Assembly: GCF_032191835.1 (NCBI RefSeq)
Contig: NC_083231.1
Location: 36,890,001 to 36,954,000, forward strand
Direction: 5' to 3'
DNA length: 64,000 nucleotides
Origin: Heteronotia binoei
Taxonomy: Eukaryota
Part shown: piece after piece, positions 1 to 13,151 of the stretch
Layout of the letters: every line of letters starts with the position of its first letter
How positions within the stretch are numbered: position 1 is the stretch's first letter
The notes under the pieces: generated by a model
Database searches by the model: none
What the model saw: the letters and a program-made list of their open reading frames with translations, nothing else
Told to the model about the DNA's origin: nothing
Translations under genes and position numbers: made by a program

Positions 1-799
1 GTAAGAAAGGCAGATGGTTAATAAAATAAAATAAATCATTAGGTGGCTGAGGTAGATCTGGGGACTCTGGCTGCAGATGAATAGCTACAAAGTCGCGGAA
101 GAGTGCACTCTGCAGAAGAGAAACAGAACTGAACCATCATTTTACTCTGCAACCCTCATTCCCAGCTGGGAATTTCCTAGATAAGTACTGGCCACATATC
201 TGAAGTGACATACCACAGGGGGCATGGTTCCAGGCAAAGAACAGTTGTCAGGGAAAGGATTATGTGCCCTACCAAGTGCTCTGCCACAGCCACCTCACAG
301 CTGTTCCATGTCATCTGGGATGCCTAGGGCCATGTCTGTCCCCTATAACCATCTATTTCCATTCACTGTTTCCCAGATCTGAGCATAAGGGACGGAGAAG
401 GTAAAATAAACAACTCGAGCATTATTGGAGTTGGGAGAGGAGGAGAGAGGAGTAAAGTTCCTTCAAGAACATCAAGTTTTAAACAAGACTGAGTTTAAAA
501 GGCTTCTGTTATAAATTATGAGTTAGTGGGAGACTGAATATTCCCCAATTTAAAGAAAACTTCCTGCACTGGACAAACTACCATGCCAGAGAGAAGAGAG
601 ATTCCAAAATGATACTTCTGAATGTGCAGGGTCATTCTAAGTTTTACCTGCTGTGGAACAGTTAAAAATTGGTTAATTCATATAAGGTTATTTTAACATG
701 AAACTTTCCTGATCCTGCAGCTAAAACCCACCAATCAAAAAAAGTGTATGAAATGAAATGCAAAGGTCTGTAGCACCAGCTCAGTAAAACAACACATAC

Positions 800-892
800 C
801 CTTTTGATTCTCAAGCTCCGCCGTTCTGTGGCATTTCTCACAAAGAGGGACTTTTTGGCCAGTGTTGAGCTGTCACTGTCACTCCGATTCAG
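800..892 (-). CDS. WWC2: WWC2 exon (~20), 93 nt, [31 protein letters not shown]
   Basis: Acceptor tgacag|C, donor AGG|gtatgt; RSDSD motif homologous to the KIBRA aPKC-binding region. Confidence 0.96.
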
Positions 893-3264
893 CTGTCAAT
901 GAAACAGGCAGGATTCATAACATGAAGTGGATGGATTGTAAAAAGAATTCCTCCTCCTAAAGTTAAACAAAATTTGAATTCACTAACACCTTAAAGACCC
1001 AGGATATAAGCTTCTGTGAGCTTTCAAAGTTCACTCTGTCAGTTATTTTACACCCTAGGAAATGTTGTTGGTCTTTAAGATGCTACTGGACTCGAATTTT
1101 GTTCTACTACTACACACTAACACAGCTACCCATGGGAAATTATCCTGAATTAACGATACCAAGAGTAACTATAACAGGCTTGATCCAACCATCCTCCAAG
1201 GTGTCCTCCTCCAGTGTAAAGAGCATTCCTGCAATTTAAGTGGCTCTTCCTCCCATAGAAGGCTTCAAACTTTGCTCAGGGGAGTGGTAGGAGAAAAGCA
1301 GGGACCATCTCAGTACGTGCTGTCATTGTCTTATCAGCTATTTATCACAAGTTTTTTTTATTGCAATTCAGTTACAACTAATTTTTATACCAGGGCAGGG
1401 GGGAGAGACATGTACTGTGATTCTATGATGTTAGAAAACACTATTCAGAAGCTACCAACAACTGCCTTATTGTCTTTTTGTTTTAAAGTTTAAGCCTCAG
1501 TTTCTTTAAAGGAAACCCTTGTGAAAAAAGCAGAAGCAAAACAACAGTTCTCTCAATGGTTCATGTCCACATCCTTTCTAAGTCATCATGATTCACAGTC
1601 CTACAGAAAAAAACCCTTATTTTACATGTTATTATGTTCCAGTGCTACCCAGAGTATAATCAGATCCAGAAAGCAACTAAAACCATAGATTAAGAAAGTA
1701 CATACTGAAATCTAGAAAACAAACACATGGGGACCAAGGATATCATACTCTTTCCTTGATAAACATAAAGGAAATGCTGAGGTCGGACTGAGTATAATAC
1801 AGCCATTTCAATGGAACCCTAAAAGCCCATCAAAATGTCTTTTCACCCTTAAGATAACAATGAATTCAATGAAAAAAAACCAATGAATTCAATGAGCTCA
1901 GAAACTGATAGATTTCATCAGTCTAGGATTACTGAATATCATATTTGCTGGGAACACGTTTTCACCGACACAAGCAACATGTTATGGTCTTGTCCAGGCA
2001 CTGCCCCATTTTGGTGAGAGCTGGAGTACAAATGAATCAACTTTTTCTTTGACTCAGTCTTAACTTTTCCTTCTGTCAATTAAATCTTTACACAAATGCT
2101 GTCTTCATGAAAGATGGCTTTATAAAACAAGGATTGTGGAGTCTTAATGGCAGCAGTGGTTATCCTTTACAACATTGGAAAGAGGCAACTTCATCATATT
2201 TCAAAATTAAGGAACCTTTAAGACCTGGCATATACAACATTTAAGAGGCATGACACTTCAATAAATTTAATATTATCTGGGTTTCTGGAATTCTTTGAAC
2301 TGTAAATCTCTCTCCTTCTGTTTACTACTTCCTACTCTTTCCTATCCCCCCCTCCTTTCTTTCATCCCCTTTTCTGTCATATGTTAGTTGGGTTAATACA
2401 CATTGTGTGAAAGGATGTGAATTCTTATGAGGCTATTTTGTTTTGTTGTATAATGAAGATGCCATATATTTTTTTTAAAAATTAAAAATATAAAAGGAGA
2501 CTACATAAAAGACATGATTTTAAGTTCTTCTGGAAGACGTATTAAGGAACCTTATTTACAAAAATTATACTACAAAATTTTCAATAATTAATGAGCCCTG
2601 AGCCTTAAAATATGCTGATGGCATTAGCATCTGAGAAATAGCTGTGTAATCTAGGCTTCTCTGTCCCCAAAGAGACATTAGTTTTCCTACCACAGGAAGC
2701 GAGCTGTTAAGTGATCATCGATAGTAATGTCCATATGTTAGTACTTAAATGTCACTTACACAAGTGAGGAGGTACAAGTGGAATCAGAAACTGAGCTTCC
2801 AATTGCACTGTTATAGGAAAATGGGTAATAAAGAATAAAAAAGAATAGTAAAACTATTTGTGAGTTCCTAGTGGCAAGTTGGGAAGATTTGTAGCAGCTT
2901 ACCTAGGTTTATTAGGAACAGAACAACTAACCCACCTATCCATCTTGGTATAGAAGGTTTTTTACATACTCCCAAATGACACCCTATTCAGAAAGCTCTC
3001 AAGAAGTGCAACAGACACCAATCTCACATGGAAACCATGAGAGGAAGGGGGGGGGGGGATACATGCAAAAGTTTGATCTTGAATTGAACAAGAGAAAAAG
3101 AAGCACAACCAAGGCAGAAATAGGGCTTTTCAACATTAAAAAACCCTTACTGTTCCTTTGACACATGGCAATAAAGAATTTTTCAGGCCTTTCTCTGCCC
3201 TTTGCTCACCCTGAAGCATTATAGGGGGAGACATAGAGGAGTACAACCCCATATTATTTATACA

Positions 3265-3378
3265 CAGGGCTTTTTCTGAGCAAGAACGCACAGGAATGCA
3301 GTTCCGGCTGATGGACTCGAGGAGGTGTGGCCTAATATGCAAATTAGTTCCTGCTGGGCTTTTTCTACAAAAAACCCT
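3265..3378. mobile_element. hAT MITE, CAGGGCTTTTTT family (short)
   Basis: CAGGGCTTTTTCTGAGC...GGCCTAATATGCAAATTAG...AAAAAACCCT. Confidence 0.75.
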
Positions 3379-4722
3379 CCTGCTTATACATCCCAGCCAT
3401 ATTCCTCCTTGTTCAGACTTTCCAGATGGGATCAAGAAACTGGAAACAGAGGAGGGCACTGTACATGAAGGAAGTGAGCATAACTTGCCTAGAAATCCAC
3501 AGCTCTTGTGAAGTCATTTCCCCTGGCCTATTATATCAGAGGATACCTCGTTCAGTAGCAATATATTAAAAAAACCAAATATGTCAACAGATGATGCTGT
3601 GACACAAAGATCACTGCTGTTTTCATTCAGCACCCCCAAAAGTCACAACCAACAGAAAGAAAGCTAAGAATTGAATCCTAATCAGCATTATACCCTTCTA
3701 TACACTAAATGCAAGGGAGGAAGGATTTATGCTGTCTTCCTCTCAGGTTCATGCACACTTCCTCCAGTCCCTCCTCCTCTTCCACAAATATAACCCAGGT
3801 TTCCTCCTGAGAAATGTCAGTTTGCTGTGTCTCCTGAATTCAGGCACTGCTGTTTTTGGTTTGTTTGGTTTGCCACAGTTTAATTCTAGTTTTGATTCCT
3901 GGTTTTCAGGCAGGAAACAAATAGCAATTAGTTAAAGCGCTCAAATTTGGATATCACACAAACTGAGGTTTCTTTAAAACAAGGCAGTCTTGCCTCTCTA
4001 GATAACTAGGAACAGTGGAGTGCATGGACCTGAGAATAGACCAGATTTGTTTTTATTATGAACAAAGTTTAAAGCAAGTTAATGGATTCAAAATATCGGG
4101 AGGTGAAGGGATTATTCATACAATTCTATCCCTGATGGGCAGAATATAAGCCTCTCATGAGAATGCATCAGGCAATGGATTTTTTTTGAAGATGCCCCAT
4201 ATGAACATGACTCTGTCCCTTGTAAGATCTTGACTTTGAGCTAAAGGACAGTAAACAAAATTGCTCTGCAGCAGTGGCTGTGTGAAGCTCCTTCCAGAAA
4301 AGATAGTTCTGAGAAGTACCTGCGCAGGAAGTGTCATTTTCACACTACAGACGTTAATCTAAAAATTATATGTGGCTGGAAATCACAGAGAAGCAACACA
4401 TCGCTTATGAACAGTTTTTACTAGAACAGTTTGAGAGATCAAAGGGCCGAATTAATTTAGGGAATTAAAGTGTTCAAACAGCCATTTGCTTATACAAGCT
4501 CACTGCAAAGGAGTAAATTCCAGCATATAAACAGCATTTTGCGAAAGGATTTGTCATGTACCGTTTCCACATGCTATCTTAGATGAAAACGGCAATTTAC
4601 CACTCTTTAGCAGTGATAGATGGGTTTCCCAGTATATGACTCTGCCTCCAATGTGCCATTGCCAAAGAAGTTAAATGAGTCTTTAGATAATAGGACCTTG
4701 CGGAGAGCGCTCTTTATCTTAC

Positions 4723-4881
4723 CCTACAGATATACTGGTTCCGCTCGCCTGGAGAGAAGGTTTGTGAGCGGACAATCATGCTGTTCCTGACAAAGGGATG
4801 CTGCTGCTGAGACTTCAGGCTGGCTCTGTCCTTGGGCCGGACAACCACACTCTCACCCTCCGTGTTAGTTTCTTTGTCGAC
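4723..4881 (-). CDS. WWC2: WWC2 exon (~19), 159 nt, VDKETNTEGESVVVRPKDR...RSQTFSPGERNQYICR
   Basis: Acceptor caacag|G, donor AGG|gtaaga; lies within ORF 4714-4902. Confidence 0.96.
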
Positions 4882-5854
4882 CTGTTGAGGAGTCATGTAC
4901 ATTTTTTAAAGTTAAAAAACCCCAAAGCCCTAGCGCCCCCATCCCAGGCTTGATTTTCATCCTAGCTTGTCACAAACCACTTAAGAAGAGGCACAAGTCA
5001 TTTCAACGCCCTTGTCTTTCCACTTATGAAAACAAGCAGGGATGTTTAGAAGTAGGATCATACTCCTTTTAAGTTACTAAAACCAGCACCATATGTTGTC
5101 CAATGCTCCCTCTAAACCGTGGAGTTTTGTGAACAAAAATTCTGCTTGGTGAGCTACTGGCACCAAGCCACCAATTAGTTTGCTCTGGGGTCATCCTTCC
5201 TGACCTAAGACAAAAATGTGTGAGCCGAAAGCTAAAAAACTGTGAGCTAGCTCACACTAACTCAGTTTAGAGAGAACACCGATGCTGACCTATCTCAACT
5301 TTTCTGATTATTTCAGTGCAACACACACACACAAACAAACAAACTCTGGAAGGTGTAAGGATGTATAAAGCTCGTGTTTCCTTTTTTTTTTTTTTTAAGT
5401 CCTACTGATTGTTTAAAATTGTTAGTTAGGTCTAAGGTTTGCTAGATAGAGATCGCTTTTCAGGAGAACTACCAAGAGCCATTAAATTATAGTGGGTAGT
5501 TTCAGACCATAATGGACCAGGCTCAAACTTCCACTCAGCTATGAGGTTCAGGGCCTGCCTACATGTTACATTTTCCTCACAAAAGTCCACTGGCTGGGTG
5601 GCAAGGCATGGTCTGAAATTCCACACTTCCCTGATGACAGAGGTCCAATTCAGTTTGGAACCATGGCTCCCAGCAAAGAAGGGGTCAGCCCATTCCCTTG
5701 TGCCATTTTCTTAACCTGAAATGACCCCAGCAGGGCTATGTGCTCCACTAGGGAAACATAATGTGTAGCTCATCAGTACAAGTGCAGCCCCAGCAGCTTG
5801 GGAAAATGGCATAGAGGGGGAAGGCTAAACCCCCTCTTTGTGTGTTGTGATCAT

Positions 5855-6039
5855 GGTGGAAAGTACCAACATGGTGACCCTACAGTTTTCAAGGAGAGAG
5901 ACGTTCACAGGTAGTTTGCCATTGCCTGCCTCTGAGTCAAGTCCCTGAAATTCCCTGGTGGTCTCCCATCCAAATACTAAGCAGGGCTGACCCCGCTTAG
6001 CTTCTGAGTTGGACTAGACTGGGCCATCCAGGTCAGGGC
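5855..6039 (-). mobile_element. 5S rRNA-derived SINE
   Basis: Minus strand reads CAGAAGCTAAGCGGGGTCAGCCCTGCTTAGTATTTGGATGGGAGACC (5S internal promoter region), then a non-5S tail. Confidence 0.8.
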
Positions 6040-7080
6040 TGTGGTGCAGATGTGAATTGGGCTTGCAAATGCCTGGAAGGGTATAGAACTTCAGAATATG
6101 CTGTCCACCTGACCAGTGGAGATATCCCTGGGGAAATTTATTGTGTAGTTGGGACTTCAGTGGGTAATTATGGGTCAATCACTCACTCACTTCCAGCCTA
6201 ACCTACTTCACAGGATTATTTGTCAAGATAAAATTGAGAAGGGGAAGAACTACACGTGTCCTGCACTCCTTGGAGGAAGTGAAGGCTAAAAAAATTAAAA
6301 AGGAATAGGCTTTGTCAATGATGAAATGAAGGTGATGAAATTACCGATTGAGAAGAAAGAAATTCTTCTGTAAACCCTGCCCCCAAACCCCAGAACAAAG
6401 ACAGGTTAATGGGGCTAGCTGCCTATGGTTGCAGATCATGTTTCTAAGCTTCTCAACCACATTTTAACTTAAGATACCATAACAGAGTCCTCTTTTTTTC
6501 TATTAATATTTTTGTGGCCAAGTTTTGGATCCAGACACCACATAACAAAGTGCCCAGGTACTGCTCAAGTGTTTGTGACAGGGATCCCAAGAGACAAAAA
6601 GTACGGCTCCTCACACAAGGAAAATCCCTGATTTCTGCAGAATGCACCCCCACCCCTCTGTGGCACTCCACAGCATATATTTCATGTGATTCCAGAGTGT
6701 TCGATGAGAAACAGAGTGCTGCAGAAGGGAGAAAATGGGGAATCTCCATTCCATTAGTGGAACTCTGTAGTTTGAACCCAGGCTGTGGTACGAAGGAATC
6801 CTCAGGGCAGCATACATGGTTCTCACCTCTGTTCTATTTTATCCTCACAACCCTATGAGGCAGGTGAAGTTAAGAGAGCATGAGTGGCCCAGTATCGCCC
6901 AACAAGCTTCCAGAGCAGAATAGGGATTCAAACCTGGATCTTTTCGATCCCAGACTAACCTCTATACCAGGGGTCCCCAACCTCTGGGCCATGAACCAGT
7001 ACTGGTACATGGCCTGTTAGCAACCGGGCCGTGAGTTGTATAATTATTTCATTATATATTACAATGTAGTGATAATAATA

Positions 7081-7330
7081 AGATGACAACATTGGATTTA
7101 TATCCTGCCCTGCACTCCAAATCTCAGAGTCTCAGAGCGGCTCACAATCTATCTTCCCCCACAACAGACACCCAGTGAGGTGGGTGGGGCTGAGAGAGCT
7201 CTCCCAGAAGCTGCCCTTTCAAGGACAACTCTGTGAGATCTATGGCTGACTCAAGGCCATTCCAGCAGCTGCAAGTGGAGGAGTGGGAAATCAAATCTTG
7301 TTCTTCCAGATAAGAGTCTGCACACCAAAT
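7081..7330 (-). mobile_element. Squam3-like tRNA-derived SINE inserted into a hAT MITE
   Basis: Same body as the copy at 40430; interrupts the element starting CAGGGGTCCCCAA at 6968. Confidence 0.8.
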
Positions 7331-8189
7331 TCATAGAAATAAAGTGCACCATTGTATCATCCCAAAACCATCCCCCCTCCCCTGTTGTGTGGTGATGTGT
7401 GGTGATGCTCTGATATGAGAGCAAAACTCCATGGTAAAATCATCCTCAAACCCCAAAGCCAGAGCGTTGCTGCATTATGTCACTTCTGCATGACATCACT
7501 GCAGGAAGAAGCACCAGAAAGAGGGGGATCCTCTGTCCAGAGTCCTGGAAACTGGAAACCCTATCTTGAACAGTGTTTAGAAGCCTCAATTACAGCTGGT
7601 TTGGGCCAGCTACAGGGAATACGTGACCCTGATTGTGGAAGGAGGACAAGATGGGGCTCGGTGGGATCAGCACCCCAGGTGCATTGGCCCAGGTATCTTC
7701 CCAGTACCAAGTGTGAGGTCCCAGTCAAGGGTTCCCAAGACAAGACATTCCAGTGAGATGGATATGACCCAACATGCATTCCTAGGGCAAGGCTAGATAA
7801 TGGTCTTAATAACGCTGGGAAGAAAGGGCGTGCTCTCAGACATGAGGGGATTTGAGTGGATCTACAGGAACTTGGGAACAAGGCTCCAAGGGGGAAAACC
7901 AATGCTGGGGTGGGCTTTAAAAGCCATGGTATGGCATTCATTGGGTGGCCAGAAAAGAAGGAAGAAATTATCACATTGTAGCAGCAGCTGGTTGACTGGA
8001 ACCACAGCTATCAAGATAATAAAGAAGATAGTTGCATTGTTCTCAGGCCTCATGTATTGTGTGCCTGGTGATGGAATCTCGGTCCCCCAACTAGCCTGCT
8101 GTGACTGCCAACCACCACGAATTATGCTGGTAGTGGCTCCTGATCTGATCCCAAACCCAATTCAAGGTGTTGACTTTGTCCTTTAAAGC

Positions 8190-8450
8190 CCTATATTTGA
8201 ACTGGAGTATCAGAAGGATCATTTTCCCCCATATGTTCCTGGCCATTAATTAAGATCCCAGGGAGAGGCCCTACTGACTGTCTCACCAATCAAAGAAGCT
8301 GGTCTTGTGGGGACATGAGAGAGGGACTTTTCTCTCAGCCCAAGATTATGCTATAACCTCCACAGGGAGATGCACCTGGCCCCCTCACATTTGATCTTCA
8401 GGAGGCAGTGAAGGCAGTTTTACTTAGGACTGTATTTCACTAATTAGTTT
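8190..8450 (+). mobile_element. Degraded L2-like LINE 3' fragment
   Basis: Resembles an L2 3' end (TTAAGATCCCAGGGAGAGGCCCTACTG...GACTTTTCTCTCAGCCCAAGATT); similar to 30100-30270. Confidence 0.45.
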
Positions 8451-8584
8451 TTATTTATCAGCAGTTCTTATTGAGATTTTAAATAGTGGTTTTAATTTTT
8501 TTTAAAAATAATCAATGTTTTATTTACATTGTAAGTCACCTTGAGTTCCACAAGGTAAATAAAACCAGGAAGCTGACTAATTCC

Positions 8585-8767
8585 CAGGTCCTTTTTTTGT
8601 AGCAGGAACTCCTTTGCATATTAGGCCACATCCCTCTGATATAGCCAATCCTCCAAGAGCTTACAGTAGGCCCTGTAAGAAGAACCCTGTAAGCTCTTGG
8701 AGGATTGGCCTACATCAGGGGTGTGTAGCCTAATATGCAAAGGAGTTCCTGCTACAAAAAAGCCCTG
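8585..8767. mobile_element. hAT MITE, CAGGGCTTTTTT family
   Basis: Ends CAGGTCCTTTTTTTG...CAAAAAAGCCCTG; perfect 8-bp TSD CTAATTCC. Confidence 0.88.
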
Positions 8768-9403
8768 CTAATTCCTGTGCAAGAGTTATTGGGACTCACT
8801 GTGATGTCTGAACAGATCGGGCCATTGCTTCAAGAGAGGCCAACAGAAGAGAGCGCAGCACCAGTAGGAAGGAGATATGATGCCACTCACTGTTATATTT
8901 CTAGGCGAGTTTGTGTGTCTGTGTGTGTGTGTACATGCAAATTTCCTATATTACCCTAAAGAACTCTCACTATTAAAACTTCAAAACAAATGCAAGAACA
9001 AAAAAAAAATTCTACTATATACGTGTATGCAAGTATAGCTTAAACATTAAATAACCTATTAAATATTTAATACATTCATTATTAAACATGAATAATCTAC
9101 CAAATAAACATTAAATGTTAACTAGCAAAGCTGAATGCTTTTTTTCTGGAGTTCGGGCTCTCTTTTTTCTTCCTTTTATTGTATATCAAAGGAAAAGTAG
9201 CATCCTGTTATAAAACAGTGGAGATTTTAAAAGCTGGGCTGACTTTCTTATTTGTTAATGACACCAAACACTATAAACCAACTCCTCATGACAAACTTCA
9301 AGGCTTTAAACTTAAACACACACCCCTGATGGGCTTGGAACAGCCATGGGTTTATGAAGCTTTCTTCATAGTGCTTTAGGGAAACATAATCTAAAATATT
9401 CAC

Positions 9404-9602
9404 CAGCATGGGTGATACTGTTGCTAGCTCATTGCAGCACACATCTGCAGGGCTGCCGTCTACTTCCTCCTTGACTTCATTCACTTCTACCAATTGGGAA
9501 CAGAAGCTGTCATCTTCTGCACAGGCACCTCCCTCTGCTCCTTTCACATGGTCCTCTTCTTCAGTCACAGTCTTGCTGGATGACTCTGCCAGCATCCCTA
9601 GC
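9404..9602 (-). CDS. WWC2: WWC2 exon (~18), 199 nt, LGMLAESSSKTVTEEED...TVSPML
   Basis: Acceptor tcacag|G, donor CTG|gtgaat; phase-compatible, divergent linker. Confidence 0.9.
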
Positions 9603-11068
9603 CTGTGAGGGGAAAAACAAACAAACCTCAAGTTTATCCTTGAACCAGCAAAACCTGCAAAAACAGGAAGTTGCTAGCCTGGCTGGAAGTTGAACTCTGT
9701 GCAAAAAGATGTATTATTGTGGGCATGTTATCTTGGCACGAACTAGATTAGAATTTCACTGATCCCTCCACTCCGCACCATATGAATGTATTATATTAGT
9801 TATCCTCTCCAAGGAAAACATAAACATTCTGTTTCAAATTGCCTCCTCTGGGGCATTTTGATATAAACACATTACTTGGAACTTCCACACACGGTAATGC
9901 ATCATGTTTCCCTTTCAGAGCATTAACACATATTAGCAATTACAGACTAAGTCATATTGTATTCTCAATTGGCATACCAAGAGTATAACTCAATTCAAAT
10001 ATAAATCTGTAGGTTGAATCCAGCAGCAGATTTTTGCTAATGGAAAAGGACAAGTGATTTTATTGATTTCCCCCTTCCACGGCAGGCCTCTGACGCAGCC
10101 TTTATGCTGTTATTGGGAGACAATTAGGGTTGCCACTTGCCAGGCTGGTCTTGCCTCCTCACCTGCAGGGAGTGGGAGGGAGCTTTCCAGGAGTGGGGGA
10201 CGGTGCAACGTCCCTGATGTGATGCAGAAGTGGCATCATCATACTGAGGATTTGGGTTGCGGCTGTTAGGGGCAGGGCTTCCCCCTGCTGGCCAGTTGGT
10301 TGGTAGTGGTAGGAGCCCATGAAATCAGGATAACCCCTGCTCCCACCTGAGGGGTGCTCAAATTAGATTATCTTCTGTCAGATAGGAACCACCAACTGGG
10401 GGGTGACAACCCAAGGGACTAGTCCTCCCAGGAGTAACATTTTGGGGCTCAGTAGAACAAATGTTGAGTCCAGTGACACCTTTAAGACCAACTTATTCAA
10501 GATATGAGCTTTCATATGCAGGTACACTTCCTCATTTAGGCTGCAGCAGGACAGGAGAGGTGAGAAAAGGTCCATTCCATTGACGGAAACTCGTTCTGCT
10601 AAAAGATACTACTGCTGGGGGTGATCCCATGATTTGGCACTAAGTGAACAAACCCAGCATCAGTGTTACTACTGTATGTTTCCTTGTCTCTTTTGCTACA
10701 ACTACATCCTTCCCCTGCTGTTTGAAAAAAAGCCATAAATTAAATTTGAGATGGTCTGCATGTTCTCTCCAAACCAGAGTTGCAAAGCATGAATGAAAGG
10801 CAAGCAGGCACTCACAGTTTTGTTAGTTTGGATGTAATGCCCTCCAATCAGGAAGGGGGGGTGTTAGAGTGGGATTGCAGCACATAAAAGGAAGGCAGAG
10901 GATGAACAGATTCCTTCATATTTGCAATTGACCTGAGCAGAGATGCATTTTTTTCCAACTGAGAAAAATATCCACACATTTCTACATTTGGTCTTAATAT
11001 AGGGGGGAAATTCACACTAAGTATCTCTAAAAAGAGACCAGTTATCAAGACTCCATATTTATTATAAC

Positions 11069-11269
11069 CAGGGCTTTCTTTGTAGAAAAAGCCCAGCAAC
11101 AAACTCATTTGCATATTAGGTCACACCCCCTGACATCACCATTGTTTTGCACAGGGCTTTTTGTAGAAAAAGCCCAGCAAGGATTAATTTGCATATTAGG
11201 CCACACACCCTGATGCCAAGCCAGCCGGAACTGCATTCCTGTGCATTCCTGCTCAACCCCCCCCCCCCG
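11069..11269. mobile_element. hAT MITE, CAGGGCTTTTTT family (internally duplicated)
   Basis: Two AAAAAGCCCAGCA...TTTGCATATTAGG modules. Confidence 0.78.
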
Positions 11270-11280
11270 ATCATAATCCT

Positions 11281-11516
11281 AGAAGAAGAAAAAGTTTTAT
11301 ACTTTTCTCTCCCTTAAGGAGCCTCAGTGCAGTTTACAATCGCCTTCCCTTCCTCTTCCCACAACAATGACTTTATGAGGTAGGTGGGGCTGAGAGAGGT
11401 CTGAGAGGACTGACTAGCCCAAGGTCACCCAGCGGTCTTCACATGGAGGAGTAGGGAATAAACCCAGTTCTCCAGATCAGAGGCCGCTGCTCTTAACCAC
11501 TACACCATGCTGGCTC
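11281..11516 (-). mobile_element. Squam3-like SINE
   Basis: tRNA-like head (GAGCCAGCATGGTGTAGTGGTTAAGAGCAGCGG) and (CTT)n tail on the minus strand. Confidence 0.8.
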
Positions 11517-12000
11517 AGAGAGTGATGTGCACTATGAAGGGCAAACTGTTTGTGCAACTGATGCTTTGTTCACCAGTCTCCTCTCAACAATCCCCACCAC
11601 TGAAGAAACAAACAAGTTTTTTTTTAAAAAAAAATGGTTTGTCTCTTCAGCAGTGGGGGGAACCTGTCCCAACTGAAGCATGAAACTTGCTGCAAATTCC
11701 TTGCTGCAACTGAAGCATGTGTGATTAGGATTGTCACCTCTGGGTGGGGAAATACCTGGAGATTTTAGGAGTGGAGCCTGGGGATGGTGAGGTTCGGGGA
11801 GGGGATGGACCTCAGCAGGGTGCAATGCCCCCCAACACAGCCATTTTCTCCAGGGGAAGTGATTTCTGTTGTCTGGAGATCAGTTGTTGTAATAGATCTC
11901 CAGGCCACACCTCCCAATGTGCCTGAAGCATTCAATTTTTTATTATTCCATTTAGTAACTGATGGCAAGCAGAGGGTTATTTCAGTGGTCTGTTTCACTG

Positions 12001-12068
12001 TGTTTTGTGGTATGGAATGCTGTTTTTGTGGTATGGAATGCTGTTTTTGTGGTATGGAATGCTGTTTT
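12001..12068. repeat. 21-bp minisatellite (TGTTTTTGTGGTATGGAATGC, ~3.3 copies)
   Basis: Direct reading. Confidence 0.92.
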
Positions 12069-12101
12069 ATACCTCAAATTAACCACAAAGCCACAGTTTA
12101 C

Positions 12102-12235
12102 CATTCTTGTTCAGCACTCTGTGATTCCTGTGATTCCTTTTCTTCCTCCTCTTCTTCTTCCTCCTCTTCTGCCAACTCTTGCTCTACTGCTTCCAGTTCA
12201 GCTGAAGTTCTTTCTAGTAAGGCTGATACAGCATC
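12102..12235 (-). CDS. WWC2: WWC2 exon (~17), 134 nt, DAVSALLERTSAELEAVEQELA-E10-KESQESQSAEQE(W)
   Basis: Acceptor tgatag|G, donor TG|gtaaac; Glu-rich segment. Confidence 0.95.
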
Positions 12236-12986
12236 CTATCAGAGATTTGAAAGCAAAGCTGCTTATTATAGTAGACCAGTGTATTTTTTTAAATAGAGAA
12301 GTATTACTATTGATAAAACCTATTCCATAATATTTGTGAATACTGACAAAGTGTACTTAAAGAACAGTGCCAGTCTTGTGTGCTATACTGAGGTCTACTG
12401 TAGACTGTCTACATTTCAGATCAAATTTATTGTGAAAACATCTGCTGAAGCACACTGATAACAACAGAGTAGTGTTTCAACCCACTCCAGATTCAATTAT
12501 TCAGTTCCTGAGGTGACACAATCTTCCAATATGATTGTTATTACCTCAGATTTCACATAGGAAGTTCAAAAGCAAAGTTGATTCACATTTTTTTTAAAAA
12601 AATATTTTTTAACAAAACTGTATTTTAAAACAAAAGTAAACACAGCAATAACAATCAAACCATTTGCAGCCCAGAAAGACAAGGTTCTCACTGGAAAAAA
12701 ATAGCAGTTTTAGACAAATGTAACCCATTTGGAACTGATACTATTAATATATAGAGTGTAACACAGGGACCCAAATACAAACACAGAATGCATGTGGGAA
12801 AATGGAATGATTAAATGTTTCTTGATGTAAAACAAAACAAAACCCTCATTGAGATACCAGTTACATTAAAATGACACCCCACCCCACTTGACACCGTCAC
12901 TTGGCATTCAACTGATAGGAATGGCAAAAGGGAACACATTACTAGGTAGAGAAATTATCTCACAGAAGTCACCATAGACTGCTCAC

Positions 12987-13151
12987 CAAGTCCAAGGAGC
13001 CTGATAACTGACTGGCTGGAACAAATATAGGACCCTCCTTTGGCTCCTTGTTCTTCTTGCCAGGAACCTGCTTGCAAGCCAACAAATTATACCACAGAGT
13101 AGAAGTCTCATTTGAAAACGAAAAGTCTGCCAGGCTTATCTGCGTTCCAGC
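12987..13151 (-). CDS. WWC2: WWC2 exon (~16), 165 nt, AGTQISLADFSFSNETSTLWYNLL...GSLDL
   Basis: Acceptor acctag|G, donor TTG|gtgagc; contains the C2 C-terminal WYNLL motif. Confidence 0.95.

Noticed and set aside
1-799. CLDN22/CLDN24, which neighbour the WWC2 3' end in mammals
   Set aside because: There is no claudin-like ORF, and the window ends before the last WWC2 exons.
5855-6039. 5S rRNA genes (here and at the five similar loci)
   Set aside because: Only a diverged 5S-like head is present, fused to a shared non-5S tail, so these are SINEs.
11784-12296. Cys-rich metallothionein-like ORF (CGMECCF x3, poly-Ser)
   Set aside because: It is the translation of the 21-bp minisatellite plus the antisense of the WWC2 poly-Glu exon.
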